Shown: in pieces, positions 23,931 to 36,910 of the stretch
Position numbering within the stretch: the first letter of the stretch is position 1
Layout: every line of letters starts with the position of its first letter
NCBI RefSeq assembly: GCF_009834535.1
Contig: NC_045696.1
Span: 55,740,001-55,804,000, forward strand
DNA: 64,000 nucleotides
DNA from: Camelus ferus
Lineage: Eukaryota
Reading direction: 5' to 3'
Notes under the pieces: generated by a model
Told to the model about the DNA's origin: nothing
The model's database searches: none
Seen by the model: only the letters and a program-made list of their open reading frames with translations
Translations under genes and position numbers: made by a program

Positions 23931-26240
23931 CTATGATTGCCCACTTTGTGCATCATGTGTCCCCTTGGGAACTTGACAATGCCCTTCCCTTTTGAGCTAC
24001 AGAAAATCTTTTATAGTTTACAAGTCTCCAGCAACAGAATTCATTGGCCAACTAGGCTAGGGTAGTTTCTAGAAGTAGATGCTGCCTCTGTCCCGAAGAA
24101 CTTAACCCAGGGATGGATGCCACATACTTATGAAAAGAAAATGGTAACCTGCTGACTTGGCACCATGTAGGGAATAGCAGTGAGAACTTCAGGCAATAGA
24201 AGGAGGGTGTGGTCTGGGGAGGCTCCAAAAGAAATGCTACTTGGTTTATGGGTTAGATTCGGGAGGACCAGAGCAGAGGAGTAGAAGGCCCGTCAGGGGC
24301 AGCACGTCTGCTCAGTGTCGTGAAGGGGCATGGTAGGAGAGGAGCGGGTACATGGCTGGGCTGGAGTGAGGAGGGCTTTGAGCAGGACAGTGAGTGATCT
24401 GAACAAGCTCACATTTGGTGAAGGGCCTTCCTCCTCGCCTTACTTTAAGAGTCTGCAGTTATGGTCACAGTCAATGAATGGAAGACCCTGAGCTCTGCAG
24501 AGACACTGGCAAACACATCCAGCTAAGAGATCTTAGTAACACGGGGAAAAACAATTCTTTTTAAAAAATCACTGATGCATTACCCCTTTACCCAGAAGTC
24601 TCACGTCCAAGAATTTATCTCAAAAAAACAGCTGCATGACTACAAAATGTTTATGTGCGTCATAACATTATTTGTAATAGCAAAATGAAACAACCCAAAT
24701 ATCCAGCTTTAGGAGATGGATGGAATAACTAGGCGCATCCACACGACGGAGTCTTGTGGAGTCCATAGCTTTGTGGTCCTGCCCCCATTTCCTCAAACCC
24801 CTGCACATCTGCAGGAGACAAGTTTCGGTGCACACAGAAGGCATCCTATTCCAAGTGTCTGCCTCACGGCTTTTTCTGAAGGAAGGATCTCACCCAGTCC
24901 TTGGCTCAGGACAGCCCAGAAGTATGGGGAAAATTAACTGGGGCAGCTCTCAGTCAACAGGAGATGGGAACCGGTGGGTTAATGACCCAGCCTCCCTCCC
25001 TTTGGTGGAATAACTATGGGGTACATTTCTCATGAGTCTTCAGAGGGTCACCAGGGACTGAGTTCTGGTTCCTCACTGTGGTAACCAGCTCGAAACCATA
25101 CTCTTTATTGACTTTTCCTCCATCACTGTCTCAGCTCCTCTCTCCTGCTTCCTGGGACCACCTTTCAAGTAAGCAACCTGCTGCCAAGACCTTGGCTCAG
25201 ACTCTGCTTTGAGGGGAACCCAAACTAGGTCACAATCTAAAGAACAACCTTCTGATATACTAATATGTCATAGATTTCAAGATATGTTCTTAAGTGAAAA
25301 ATTGCAAAGCATAGAACAGTATAGATCATGTGCTGTATTTTGTGTAGTAAAGGTAGGGAATCAGAATATACACAGTACAAGGATACGCTTATATATGCAG
25401 AAAGGAATATGGCAGAATAAACCAGAAACTAATAAAAATGTTTATCCATAAGGGACAGTAGGGGGATGTGGAGCAGAGTGGAAGAAACACAAGGATGAAA
25501 GTGAAACTTTTCTGAGAATACCTCTTTTATAGGATTTTAACTTTTCAGGTCTCTAGATGTTTTGCATAGTCCAAATTAAATTAAATTTCCAAAAATAAGC
25601 CTGCTACAACACTCTTGTCAGTTCTGAAGCAGTATTAGTTAGATCAGGATGCTGTCACTGGGTCTGATCCAGATTCAAGGCCAGAACTGTGGTCAGATAC
25701 CTTGAGTTAAGTCACCAGCATACCCAGAGGCAATGAGCAGAGTTTGTTCCTAATCAGTGAACTTTCCTGAGCTTGTGCTGCATGTCGGACATGGTACTAG
25801 GTGCTTTGCCTCCCTTGTTTATCTTCACACGAGCCCTGTAATGTATTATTACATATTATTATGCCATTATACCAAGATTACAAAATTTGTTGAGAAACTA
25901 AAATATGAACTTAAGTTTCTTTAATTCCAATAATAAAAGTAATAATAACATCAGTGAGAATCTGCTGTGTACCAAATACTTTGTTACATACTTAGTCCTT
26001 CTTCATGCAAGGCAGTAGGGGCCAAATGTGAGGTCTGCCTCCCTCTCTTCTGTTCTGGTAGATGTTTAAGATTGGAGCTTAATCACTTTAGATATAGAGA
26101 TATATCCAAATTGGCGCATAGATCACCCCTGGGAAGAGTCATGCAGGGAGCTTCCATTATAATCATAATACATCTTTGTAGCTTGGTGTAAATAACAGAA
26201 TTCTGTGACCTTAGGCAACAAGTGAAAGACTGGATTAGAG

Positions 26241-26477
26241 CAGAGTTTCTCAACCACAGCGCTGTTGACATTTGGGACTGGACAGTTCTTTGTAGGGGGC
26301 TATCTTATGCTTTGTAGGATATTCAGAAGCACCCCTAGCTTCCACCTACTAGATGCCAGTGGGCATTCCGCCCGCCCCATCACCACTCCCGGTTGTGAAA
26401 CCGAAAGTGTCTTCAGACATTGCCAAATGTCTCCTGGGGAGGGGAGGAGCAAAATGGTCCCCAGTTGAGAATCACTG
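26241..26477. mobile_element. MER20 hAT DNA transposon, near full length
   Basis: Terminal inverted repeats CAGAGTTTCTCAAC and GTTGAGAATCACTG; imperfect 8-bp TSD GATTAGAG/GACTAGAT. Confidence 0.85.
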
Positions 26478-26702
26478 GACTAGATGATCTTCAAGGTCCC
26501 TCCCATCTCCGACAGCCTGAGACTCGGGATCTGATAACAGGACACTGCTAAGAGGAAAGGGGAAAGAATGTGAGGGGGCAGTGAGCTGGGAGATTTCCTC
26601 CATCTATGTGAAGCAGGACCAGTCCAGGACAGTTACTGTGCTGGCAACCACTTCTGTTGACATGGAGCCTCCTTCAACTGATAACTCTCATCCTCACTGC
26701 AG

Positions 26703-26980
26703 CATCTATACCCAAGAAGGCAGCCCTTGAGGATGCGAAGCCAGGACCAGATGCAGTGAGAACAGTGGAATGCAGCAAAGGCCTTTCCACAGAGCCAGGC
26801 GCCCAACTAGAGAAGACGACCTCAGAAATCTCCCTTGGCTCTCAACAGTCAAGTGAATTAGAGAAGAAGCCTGATGCAGAGAAGGCGATGGAAGAGGGTG
26901 GAGAGACTGGCCAGGTGGAGTCCAGTGCTCTGCAGGAGAGCCCTGGGGCCAGAGCCGAAGCCGTGTTTCTCCATGAGATG
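26703..26980 (+). CDS. ARHGAP31: ARHGAP31 coding exon (~exon 11)
   Basis: ctgcag|CATCT...GAGATG|gtaagg, 278 nt. (A)SIPKKAALEDAK...ARAEAVFLHEM; splice phases fit the neighbouring exons. Confidence 0.94.
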
Positions 26981-27924
26981 GTAAGGTGGACTCACTGTCT
27001 GGTCCAGCCAGTGGAGTCCTCTTTTCCCCAAGGGTTCTTGGTAAAGTCTAAAGTCTATTTTCTTTTTATCTTTTTATTTTGTTTTATTTTATTTTGAAGA
27101 ACCAGTTTCCACCAAAGGAACTTTGGGACACAGCCTTGTAACCAGGTCTGGGATTTTTTCGCAATGAACTTTTCAGGGGTCCTATGGTGATAGGAAATAA
27201 CTACCAATTCCCTAGGACAGATCCAACTCTAAATATTTCTGACCTGAAGTCACCATAAACCAGTAACGTCCCGGGAATGTAATGACATTCAATCCCGGAA
27301 ACAGCACAAAACCCATTTATCATGTCCCGGGCCCAAGCATGCTGACCATGCATGGGGGCCAGCTCCCTTCTTCCTGACATCATGAATGGACAGTTGTCTG
27401 TGCTTGTTTGTAAAATCTTCTGTAAGATTTCCAAGATCTATTCCTTCTTCCTACAGTTTCTGGTAAAGTTGAAACATGATGCCAGAGTGTACTAAACCTC
27501 TTCTGCTTTTTAGTGATGGAGATTCTGAGATTTGTTGGGATATCCTTGCTTAAGATGAAGTTGTGAGAAGTTTTCCAGGGACATCCAGGGAGGAATCCTG
27601 CATTTGGGAGGCAGCGTTGTGACCTGGAGGAGTGTGCCAAAGAGGAAAAGGAAACTGCCTTTTCACCTGCTTCCAGGAACTTGGTTTCTGGGACATGCAC
27701 AAAAGGCTTATGGACTGGGAGTTAGGGCAATGCAGGGGCACCACAGTGGCCTCAGGAAAGCTGAATAAGGGTTCCTATAGGGTGTGCTTATATTTGTAGA
27801 AGGAGGATACAAAGATTGAATTCTGAAAGGGATCAAGTATGAGGGACATTGCCTTAAGAAGCAGATAAAGGTGATGCTAGAAGAAGAACCAGGCTGGATT
27901 CATGGGAACAAGTAAAGGCATCAG

Positions 27925-28740
27925 TTCATTCATTCATTTAAAACTATATATTATACACTCACTGTGTCAGACGCTCGACTGAGCGCTGGGATCACTGCCG
28001 TGTACAAGATGATCACCATCCCAATATTCCTGGAGCTGACCGCTTAGTAGGTGAAAGGTCATTAAACAAGTCATTTCTAGGGGATATGAAAGTGTGAATT
28101 CTGTGGAAATATAATAGGAGGACCCAACCCAGTCAGAGGGAGTGGGGTGGGGTGGGGTGGTCACAAGTGCCAGGGGAGGCTTCTCTGAATAACAAACATT
28201 TAGATTGAGAACTTAGCTAGAAGAAAGAGGTTGGGCAGAATAGGAATAGGGCTCTGATTGCGGTAAATATGGATAGGAAAGAGCACAAAACATTCAAGGA
28301 ATGAGAGCAAAGCTGGAGAACGTGAACGTGGGCTACAGCAAGTACAGCTCAGAGGGAGGCAGGAGCACGTCAGGCAGGGCTGCTTCGAGGGACTTGAAGA
28401 ATAACCTGAGGGCGATGGAAACTCTTCTGATTTGTTCAGAATTTTATCTTAAAGGTCACTGTATTCTGTGAGGAGAATAGCTTGGAGAAGGACAAGAGAG
28501 GAGGCAGGGAAGCCAATTAGAAGGCTAGTCTGGGGCAGCACAGGTAAGAACAGATGGTGGCTCAGATTAGGGTGGGGGTGCCGGGGGTAGAAATGGAAGG
28601 TCGAGTGAACAGGACTTGATGAAGGATTGGCTAAGGAGTGAGGAAGAAGGAAGAGTCAAGGACACCCCATCAGTTCCTGATCTGAGCAAAAGATGTACTA
28701 TGTTCCACTTACTGAAAGGGCAGAGTGGGACGGAGGGGAG
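27925..28740 (-). mobile_element. L2 LINE fragment (approximate)
   Basis: TTCATTCATTCATT terminus followed by an L2-like purine-rich body. Confidence 0.5.
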
Positions 28741-29989
28741 TTCAGATGTTCATTTATTCATCTAAATTTAGCATTTCTTAGTAAGAGGTTAATACTGTAG
28801 ATGCTGCAGAGAGTAAGAAAACGCCTCTGTCCTGAAGGAGGGCACAGTCTAGTAGGCGAAATAGAAATGTACACAGATACATGCAATATAGTAGGATCAG
28901 ATCTAAAAAATTCCCTCCTGGAGTTATCTGAAGCAATAACTCAAAAGAAAACAATGAATCTATTTTAATTCACAGACCTCTTACTGAGCAATTACTCATA
29001 GTATACCAGGCATCATCTGGCCTGGAGTAATCAAAGATGGATGAATATAATTCCTGATTAAGGAGCTCACAGGCCTCCATGAGGAAAGATAAGCATCAAG
29101 TTAACTATAATGTGAAATGACATGTGATCAGAGCCATGGGAGAAGTGATGTCAGGTTGGCAGTAGGTCAGACTTCCCAGAAAGGCCCACTTCCCACTGCC
29201 TACAAATGTCACCCCCACCCCTCCATCCCCAAACTGCTTCTCCTTGGGACTGAATTAGGCCTTGAGACAAGAAACAAAAGGAACTGAAATTTGACTCCCT
29301 GGCCCTGACCATCCCTCCCTTCATCACTTTCCCATCTGCAACTTGGGCTCTGTGTAAGGAAAGGATGGAGCCAAGAAGGACAAAGAAGTTGGATTTGAGG
29401 GGAGACAGGGACAGCAAACAGGATGGAGGAGGAAGCACCGATACCATTAACAGTGGTTATCTCTGGGTAGTAGGACTGCTATCATTTTGCTATTTTTCGT
29501 TCTTCTTTCTTTTAATAGGTATTACTTTTTTCCATGTGAGATATGTATTTCTTTACATAAGGTAATACACAGGGGGAAAAGTATTTATTTGTTTGGAAAG
29601 CAGGTTTCAGGGCAAGAGTTAACATTTTCATTCTACTGGGAGAAGCTCATTCTTATGAGCTACCCATTCAACCTGAGGTTATATGAGCTCAGGGATTGGT
29701 TTGTTTTATAAGGCAACAGTGCACAGGGATTAAGTGTGTATGTTTTGGTGTAGAATGAGCTGGATTTCAATCCTGGTCTCTGCTGTGAGACGTACGTAAA
29801 TTGTTTAATCTGCTTGAACATAGGTCTCCTCATCTCTAAAATAGGAATTGTCATTAATGCTGTGGCCTTTACGTGCGGAGGTAGCCAGCCGGGAACCGCT
29901 CCAGTCCCTTCCCTCTCCCTGGGAAACGGTGCGGAGGTCAGCGCCGGGAGTCCTTGGTTCTAAGTAATCAGTTTCTTGATGTTTTTCAG

Positions 29990-32422
29990 GATGAAGATGA
30001 TCTGGCCAACGCCCTACTGTGGCCTGAGATTCAACAAGAGCTGAAAATTATTGAATCAGAGGAGGAACTCTCCTCGTTGCCACCGCCTGCCCTAAAGATT
30101 AGCCCAGCTCAGCCGGTTCTTGAGTCTAGTCCAGGGCCATTTGCTTCCCCAGAGCCCGCTGGGAACTTGCTTTGTGGCTCCGCCCCAGCTCAAGTCTCCG
30201 CCTCTCTGGGGGAGCGGGCTAAAGATTCAACCAATCAGAGCACACAGGGAGCTTCCACAGTAGCCAATAGAGAAAAGTCAGAGGCAACCAGCCTCCTCCA
30301 TAGATGTGAGCCTGAGAAGGGCCCGCGCCCAGATCCCGCCAGCCTGACTCCTCTGGAAATAGTTCCATTTGAGAAGGTTTCTCTACAAGCAAGTGTGGAG
30401 GTGGGAGACCCAGGGAATCGGTCTCCTCTGCTCCCGCCTGCTCCTTCTCCACCAACTCTTACGGAGGAAGCGCCTCGAGTCCATCCATTGAAAGGCGACC
30501 CAGAGAGAGAAGACTCATCCAGGAATTTGAGAACAAATCCATATATAGACCAACTCAATTTCAAAGGCAGCCCTGGGATTCCCAGTCTTTGTCAGGGAGA
30601 CGAGGCTTCTCCAGAACAAAACGAAAAGCAAAATTCAAAGAATGCTTCTCCTGAGGAAAAAGACTCTAGCTTTCCCAGCCCAACCAGGGAGGTTCCCTCC
30701 CCACAAGGAGAGGGGGATGTAACCCACTCAGTACAGGAGCCTTCAGACTGTGATGAAGACGACACTGTGACAGATATTGCCCAGCATGGCCTGGAGATGG
30801 TGGAGCCCTTGGAGGAGCCCCAGTGGGTGACAAGTCCTCTTCACTCCCCGACCCTGAAAGATGTACAAGAGGCCCAGATGCAGAGTGCCCAGTGCCACCG
30901 ATTGGAGAAGAGGCTTTCCCATCGGCCCAGCCTTCGCCAGAGCCACTCTCTAGACAGCAAAACCATGGTTAAGAGCCAGTGGACTCTTGAGGGTCCCTCC
31001 TCCAGCAGCTGTGCTAATCTTGATGTAGAGAGGAATTCTGACCCTCTGCAGCCCTTGGCACCCAGGAGAGAGATTACTGGACGGGATGAGAAAGCCATGA
31101 GGTCCTTCCAAGAGTTCTCTGCCTTAAAAAGGACAGAGGCTCCTCCCAACCAGAAGGGACCAGGTGGTTGGCAGTCCAAATCAGCAGAAACCAGCCCCAT
31201 CAACTTAGCAGAGGGAAAGGAACTGGGGACACACCTGGGGCACCATAACTCTCAGATTGAGCAAGGTAGTGTTCCTGAGCCAGAGAGCAGCAAGGAGAAG
31301 TCACCTGGTGTGCAGGACAGCACCTCACCTGGAGAGCATCCCCCCAAGTTACAGCTGAAGAGTACTGAGTGTGGGCCCCCCAAAGGGAAAAATAGGCCTT
31401 CTTCTCTCAACTTGGACTCTGCCATTCCCATTACTGACCTCTTCCAGTTTGAGAACGTGGCCTCATTTGGTTCACCTGGAATGCAGCTCTCTGAGCCAGG
31501 AGATCCACAGGTCACATGGATGACCTCATCTCACTGTAAAGTAGACCCCTGGAGGGTTTACTCCCAGGACTCTCAGGACCTGGACATCATTGCTCATGCC
31601 CTGACAGGCCGCCGTAACTCAGCTCCCGTGAGTGTGTCAGCTGTGAGAACCTCCTTCATGGTCAAAATGTGCCAGGCCAGGGCAGTCCCAGTCATCCCAC
31701 CGAAGATTCAGTACACTCAGATCCCACAGCCCCTGCCCTCTCAGAGCTCAGAAGAGAGTAGGGTTCAGCCTCTGGAGAGGAGCAAGGAGGAACCTGGCTC
31801 AGCTGGTGGGACCTCTCAGAAACTTGCCAAAGATGATTCTTTCTCCTCCTCAGAAAGCCCAAAGGAAGAGAAACCAAAGCAAGATACAGAAGCCATCGAA
31901 CCCTTGCCAATAGATGCCACCACATGCCACATGGGTGAGGAGCCCACCCTTTCTCCAGAACTGGGTTTGGCTCACCTGCTCTCCACCCAGGATACAGTAG
32001 TGCAATGTAGAAAGCGCACATCAGAGACAGAGCCATCTGGGGACAACCTTCTTTCTTCAAAAATAGAGCGACCATCAGGGGGTTCTAAGCCTTTCCACAG
32101 GTCAAGACCAGGAAGACCTCAGAGCCTAATCTTATTCAGTCCTCCTTTCCCCATTATGGACCATCCACCCCCCTCATCCACAGTGACAGATTCCAAGGTC
32201 CTACTGTCCCCTATCAGAAGTCCCACCCAGACAATTTCCCCTGGCCTTCTTTGTGGGGAGTTGGCAGAAAACACATGGGTCACACCAGAAGGGGTTACAC
32301 TTAGGAATAAAATGACCATCCCTAAGAATGGCCAGAGACTAGAGACCTCAACCAGTTGTTTTTACCAGCCCCAGCGAAGATCAGTGATTCTGGATGGAAG
32401 AAGTGGGAGGCAAATAGAATGA
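29990..32422 (+). CDS. ARHGAP31: ARHGAP31 last coding exon (~exon 12), proline-rich and C-terminal region, 810 aa plus stop
   Basis: tttttcag|GAT starts DEDDLANALLWPEIQQELKIIESEEE; the frame is open to ...RRSVILDGRSGRQIE-TGA and includes the NRPSSL and RRNSAP motifs. Confidence 0.98.
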   Translation, partial: DEDDLANALLWPEIQQELKIIESEEELSSLPPPALKISPAQPVLESSPGPFASPEPAGNLLCGSAPAQVSASLGERAKDSTNQSTQGASTVANREKSEATSLLHRCEPEKGPRPDPASLTPLEIVPFEKVSLQASVEVGDPGNRSPLLPPAPSPPTLTEEAPRVHPLKGDPEREDSSRNLRTNPYIDQLNFKGSPGIPSLCQGDEASPEQNEKQNSKNASPEEKDSSFPSPTREVPSPQGEGDVTHSVQEPSDCDEDDTVTDIAQHGLEMVEPLEEPQWVTSPLHSPTLKDVQEAQMQSAQCHRLEKRLSHRPSLRQSHSLDSKTMVKSQWTLEGPSSSSCANLDVERNSDPLQPLAPRREITGRDEKAMRSFQEFSALKRTEAPPNQKGPGGWQSKSAETSPINLAEGKELGTHLGHHNSQIEQGSVPEPESSKEKSPGVQDSTSPGEHPPKLQLKSTECGPPKGKNRPSSLNLDSAIPITDLFQFENVASFGSPGMQLSEPGDPQVTWMTSSHCKVDPWRVYSQDSQDLDIIAHALTGRRNSAPVSVSAVRTSFMVKMCQARAVPVIPPKIQYTQIPQPLPSQSSEESRVQPLERSKEEPGSAGGTSQKLAKDDSFSSSESPKEEKPKQDTEAIEPLPIDATTCHMGEEPTLSPELGLAHLLSTQDTVVQCRKRTSETEPSGDNLLSSKIERPSGGSKPFHRSRPGRPQSLILFSPPFPIMDHPPPSSTVTDSKVLLSPIRSPTQTISPGLLCGELAENTWVTPEGVTLRNKMTIPKNGQRLETSTSCFYQPQRRSVILDGRSGRQIE

Positions 32423-35400
32423 CATCAGCTCACCTGCTGGTGTCTGAAAAAAATGCCATGATTCACCCGGAAGTTATTACAGGAGTAACTTGCCTTTATT
32501 CCAGGTAGAGGTTATCCAAGTTCGGGCTTATTTTGGCCTCTCCTCTTTCTTCAGCCTTTTGGCCATTTATTAATTAGTCCATTTGCCAGAAGAAAGGTCA
32601 AGGGAAGGACCAAGAGATGAAATTCAGATAAGTCTATATGACCAGGCAGGGACAGGTCAGGTAAAGGAAAAGGATGAAATGCTGATCTTCAGTGAGACTT
32701 GGGGCTTATGAGTTGCATCACTCCCCCATCGCCATTAGCTATTACTGTTGAGAGCTGGATGTGTCGATGTGTTAATTTGTTATGAAAGAAAGAGAAATCC
32801 TTTGCCTGTGTTGGAAAATGTTGCTATCGAGGTCTGAAGGCCTCCTATTTACTTCATGCTTTTTAATGCTCTTTAAAGCATGTGTTCTTTTAGACCAGTT
32901 TTCTGATAAGCTTTGTAAAAGTGTACTATCCAGAACAGAAGCAGATTTGGAAATGCAAACTAATGTACACTTAGATATCCAAGTGAGTGAATTTACCCAT
33001 GCTCCCTCCCTGGAATCCCTGCAGACCTGTCCAAGATGGCTCCATATACCAGCATAGAAAATCAGAATCTATATTCACTGAGACTGGCACAATCCAGGAA
33101 GACTTTCTGGCTTTAGCTTTTATTCATTTGGGATTCCAACTGCCATTATCCTGCCCTCTGATTTATTAATCCAGTAGCCGGGCAGGGTTACCTCAATGAA
33201 ATGCGCTGAATCTTCATTTAGGTATGCAGTAGTGAAATGAAGTGATCTGCTCTCCTTCCAGTATCAGCCTCACCCATAGGCGGAACTACACTCCAAACTT
33301 TAAATGGTTAAATCAGTGGGACGTTAGCAGAAAGCACCTCTAGTTCAGCTTCACTCTCCTTCCACACTAGGCTGGGACCAGAGTACTGGAGAAGGTAAGG
33401 GGGAGAGCCCCAGGAGAAGAGGGAAATGCCCTTGCAGGGTGGCCATCACTCCTGTTTGGTGAGAGCTGCCCTTCTTGAAAATGTATTTCATTTTAACCAG
33501 GGCGTGCCTTCCTTTCTCCCTCCACTGCTCAAGAGCAATATGAGGCAGCCCTCTCCCTTCTATAATCCCCCTCACCCACTGCCCACCCCAGGCACTCCGA
33601 CTTGCTCTTCTCCTGTCTGTATGCAAGCAGAAGCAATAAACCAATCTAATTTTATTTCCGTTATTTAGAACTTCAAATGGTTCTTTCCTTTTCAGCTGGA
33701 GAGAGGAAGGAGAACCAACATAACCTGCTGGCAGATTTTTGGTGCTTTTCCAAAAAGGGCTTCTCAGGAGCCCTTCTCAAAGCAAAACCCATCAGGATTA
33801 TCAACACTTTCAAACCTTCTAAAACAATTGTCTTGTTTGAGAAACAAAGACAGGTAGGACCTATATGTAGTCCCATGCACCTCTTCTCAGGTCAAGGCTT
33901 GCTCTGTCTAGTTCAGTTACTGCAGAAATTTCTCTAAGGGTTAGAAGTACCTCTGGGCAAACCTCATGACCAAGGCTGGTGCTGGGCTGGGGAGGGGCTG
34001 AACTAAAGTTACCTCCTCCAGTGAGAGATTGGAGGCTGATGTCCTGCAGCAGATACATACTCCTCTCTCTCTTCTTCCCTGATAAGCTTTACAAACAGCT
34101 TTGAAATCTTGCCCAAACCTTTTAAGCCAGTGTCTATGGCAGAGATAACTAGCAGGCCAGCTCATGAGTTCTGCTTTCAGAGGGCACTGACATGAGTGAG
34201 CAAGGGAAGCAATTAATAGGCCTTTGGTCAGTGTCTTTTGCATTCTTTTTGGGTGAGCAAGACATTGGACCGACAGCAAATGAGCTGTAAACCCCTAAGG
34301 AAAGTCCTAGGGTACAGCATTATCCCCACTAGGCAAGCAAGGTGAAGAAATACAGCGGTGCTAGATGAGGAGGGCCATGTTCAGCAGATTTGAAAAGTAC
34401 ATTCCTGCCTTATCAGAAAGTGTGGTAGGCTTTATGTCAATCTTCATGCACTGTGGTGTCTATGCTTCGATAAAGACCATGTTCCAGTTAGAATGTGAGA
34501 GAGGGAGGGAACCGCACTTTTTCACCATCAGCACTCTGAGCCGAGTAATATTTAAACTATTTCATGATTATTTTAAATTTTTGTTTGTAACACTTAGAGG
34601 ATATATTTTTATTTGGAGATAGACTGAGAAGCCACCATTTACACATTAACAGGTGAGTTCAACTTGAGGTTCCTACGTAGATTAAGTGGCTGCCATGTTC
34701 CTTAGACTCCGACATCTTTCATTTGTAGCATCATCTTCAGGAGTGTGAGTGTATGGATGTCATCATGAAGTGACAACTGGCTGGAGACATTCCCTACTCT
34801 GAGCTTTCCTAGCCAATCAATCGGGAAGGCCTTGGAAGCCAACTCACCTTCTTGGTCTGTGTCCTGCTGCTAAAGTGTGGACCTCTCCATATTCATAAAC
34901 TTCTTGTGAGCTGGGACTAGTCTAGCACTGATGAAATTCCATTCCATGACGGAGAAAACTCTTTACATTTTTCCCCTGAAATTGTTTTCCCAAATCTTTT
35001 GAAATTATCAATTTGGTCATCCACTTGGGACTGAGAAATGAAACCTCTGAGAATGGCTGGGGGAATCAGATTGCCTGCTTCCATCCAGGAAAAGGATGGA
35101 AGAGGTACTGCTGTTCATAGGAGGACTTACATGGTGCCCTGGAAAGGGCTACAGAATCAAATTCTTAAATGTGCCTTCAAATCAACTACCAGTCCTCAAA
35201 CTGAGGATGGCTGATTTTAAATGTTGAATTTGAAGTGAAATGCATGCATATTCTAATGTTTCTTTCAGTGTTAATGGTTGCTTAAGAAGATAATAATCTA
35301 TACTTATTGGCAAAATGGAGCTCTGAGGCCTTTTTTCTTCTTTTTTGCCAAAATGTACTAGGTAGAGGGAATTTGGTTTTTATTCTCTGTTTCAAGTGGA

Positions 35401-36910
35401 ATATGAGGAGGCTTGACCAAAAGCCCCATTAAGACATTGTTAGCCTAATCTAAGCTCTAAAATTAAAAATATTGGCCAAGTCAAAATTCTGGGTTCTGTG
35501 AAAATTAAAATGTAAACATCATCATCTTCAACAGACAGTATTTATCAAGCGCTTAGTAATATTGCACTGGTTACCCTAGAACCTGAAATTCTTGAGGAGT
35601 TTAATGAAAAGGGGGAAAGGGTAGCAAATGAAACATCCCATAAGCAACCAGGAGCAAGATTTAGAACCCATAAGTTACCAAATGAAAGCAGAAGGGGAAA
35701 ATACGTAGTGACTTAGCATCTTTTAATATGATTGTTAATAGTGTTGAGGTTACCTAAGACTTTAATCAAATTAAACACAATTACAAATCCAGTAGAAGGT
35801 ACGAGGAGCATATTCAGTTATTGAAAATTTTGCTTTGATCCCTTAAAAAATTAGAGAGTGGTAACTAAGAATAAATAGTTCTGAGGTTTTGCCTGATCTT
35901 AATTGGTTGGGTTGTGAAGTCCTGTTGGATCTCTGCAAATGAGCCAGATATCAGGGTTCCATACTCCTTGAGAGGGGGTTTTAGACACTTCTTCATGAAA
36001 TGGGTTAACTCTTGTTGATGATGACATTGTAGGTCCAAGATAAATTGTTTTATAGCTAATGTTTAGCAAGTGATAATGCTACTTGACTAAAGTTGAGTGG
36101 GACAGTCATTTGTCTACACAGGCCTTGTGTTCTGCCTGAAGAGCTACTGGGAAACATAAGATTCATTTGTCTGGGATTGGAATGGGAGAGGTTCAGGGTA
36201 GGTCCAATTCCCACCAGGATTCATTAGGGCCACATTCTACCATGGCCTGTGCTATCTGATGACAACATGAATCTTGGGGTTAAGTGTTGCCAGGAATATG
36301 ATTTTAGTCATTTCCAGCAGGAAAGTCAGTTCAAAATGTGGAATGACAAAGAATGTGTCCTCCTTTGTCAATAACTTTCCTAGTAAGGTGAGGCCAGAAG
36401 AGGGAGCAAGCACCTTTTCAAGCATGGAGAGGAATGGGAGATGGTAGAAGAATGATTCCCTGAGATCAGAGTCAATCCAGTTGGTATAAAATTGGGGCTG
36501 TCACTGATTGGCACACAGTAGATCATTTAGTAGCACTGAAGTTCATGAGCAATGCAGGGATCACTTCTACAAGGATGAAGGAGGATGTAGTTAAATATAA
36601 GAAACCCATGAAAGAACACAGCCATGTGTTTTACTGGGCAAATCACAATGCTTTGCATTAACTTAATGCCATAGTATTTCCTGGCTTATGATTCTGCAAG
36701 GTAGAGCACTTTCTCAAAGGAGTCTATTAAACAGCCACACAGTTTCAGCTGTTGAGCTTGACAAATGTTTCCAAAGATATAATCAAAATGTTTCTCTATT
36801 GATTAAAAAAGCATAAATATTAAACCTATCCAGAGACATTTAAATGTAATTAAAACAGATTGTTATGCTTTAAAAGTGTACTCTAATAAATGATATAAAA
36901 TATAAACCTC
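32423..36910 (+). other. ARHGAP31: Probable ARHGAP31 3' UTR (end uncertain)
   Basis: Repeat-poor stretch after the stop codon, with AATAAA at 33635, 35870 and 36885. Confidence 0.45.

Noticed and set aside
29954..29989. N-terminal extension of the 822-aa ORF as a standalone gene start
   Set aside because: These 12 codons are intronic (TTG start, polypyrimidine tract and AG at 29988-29989); the ORF is the last ARHGAP31 exon.
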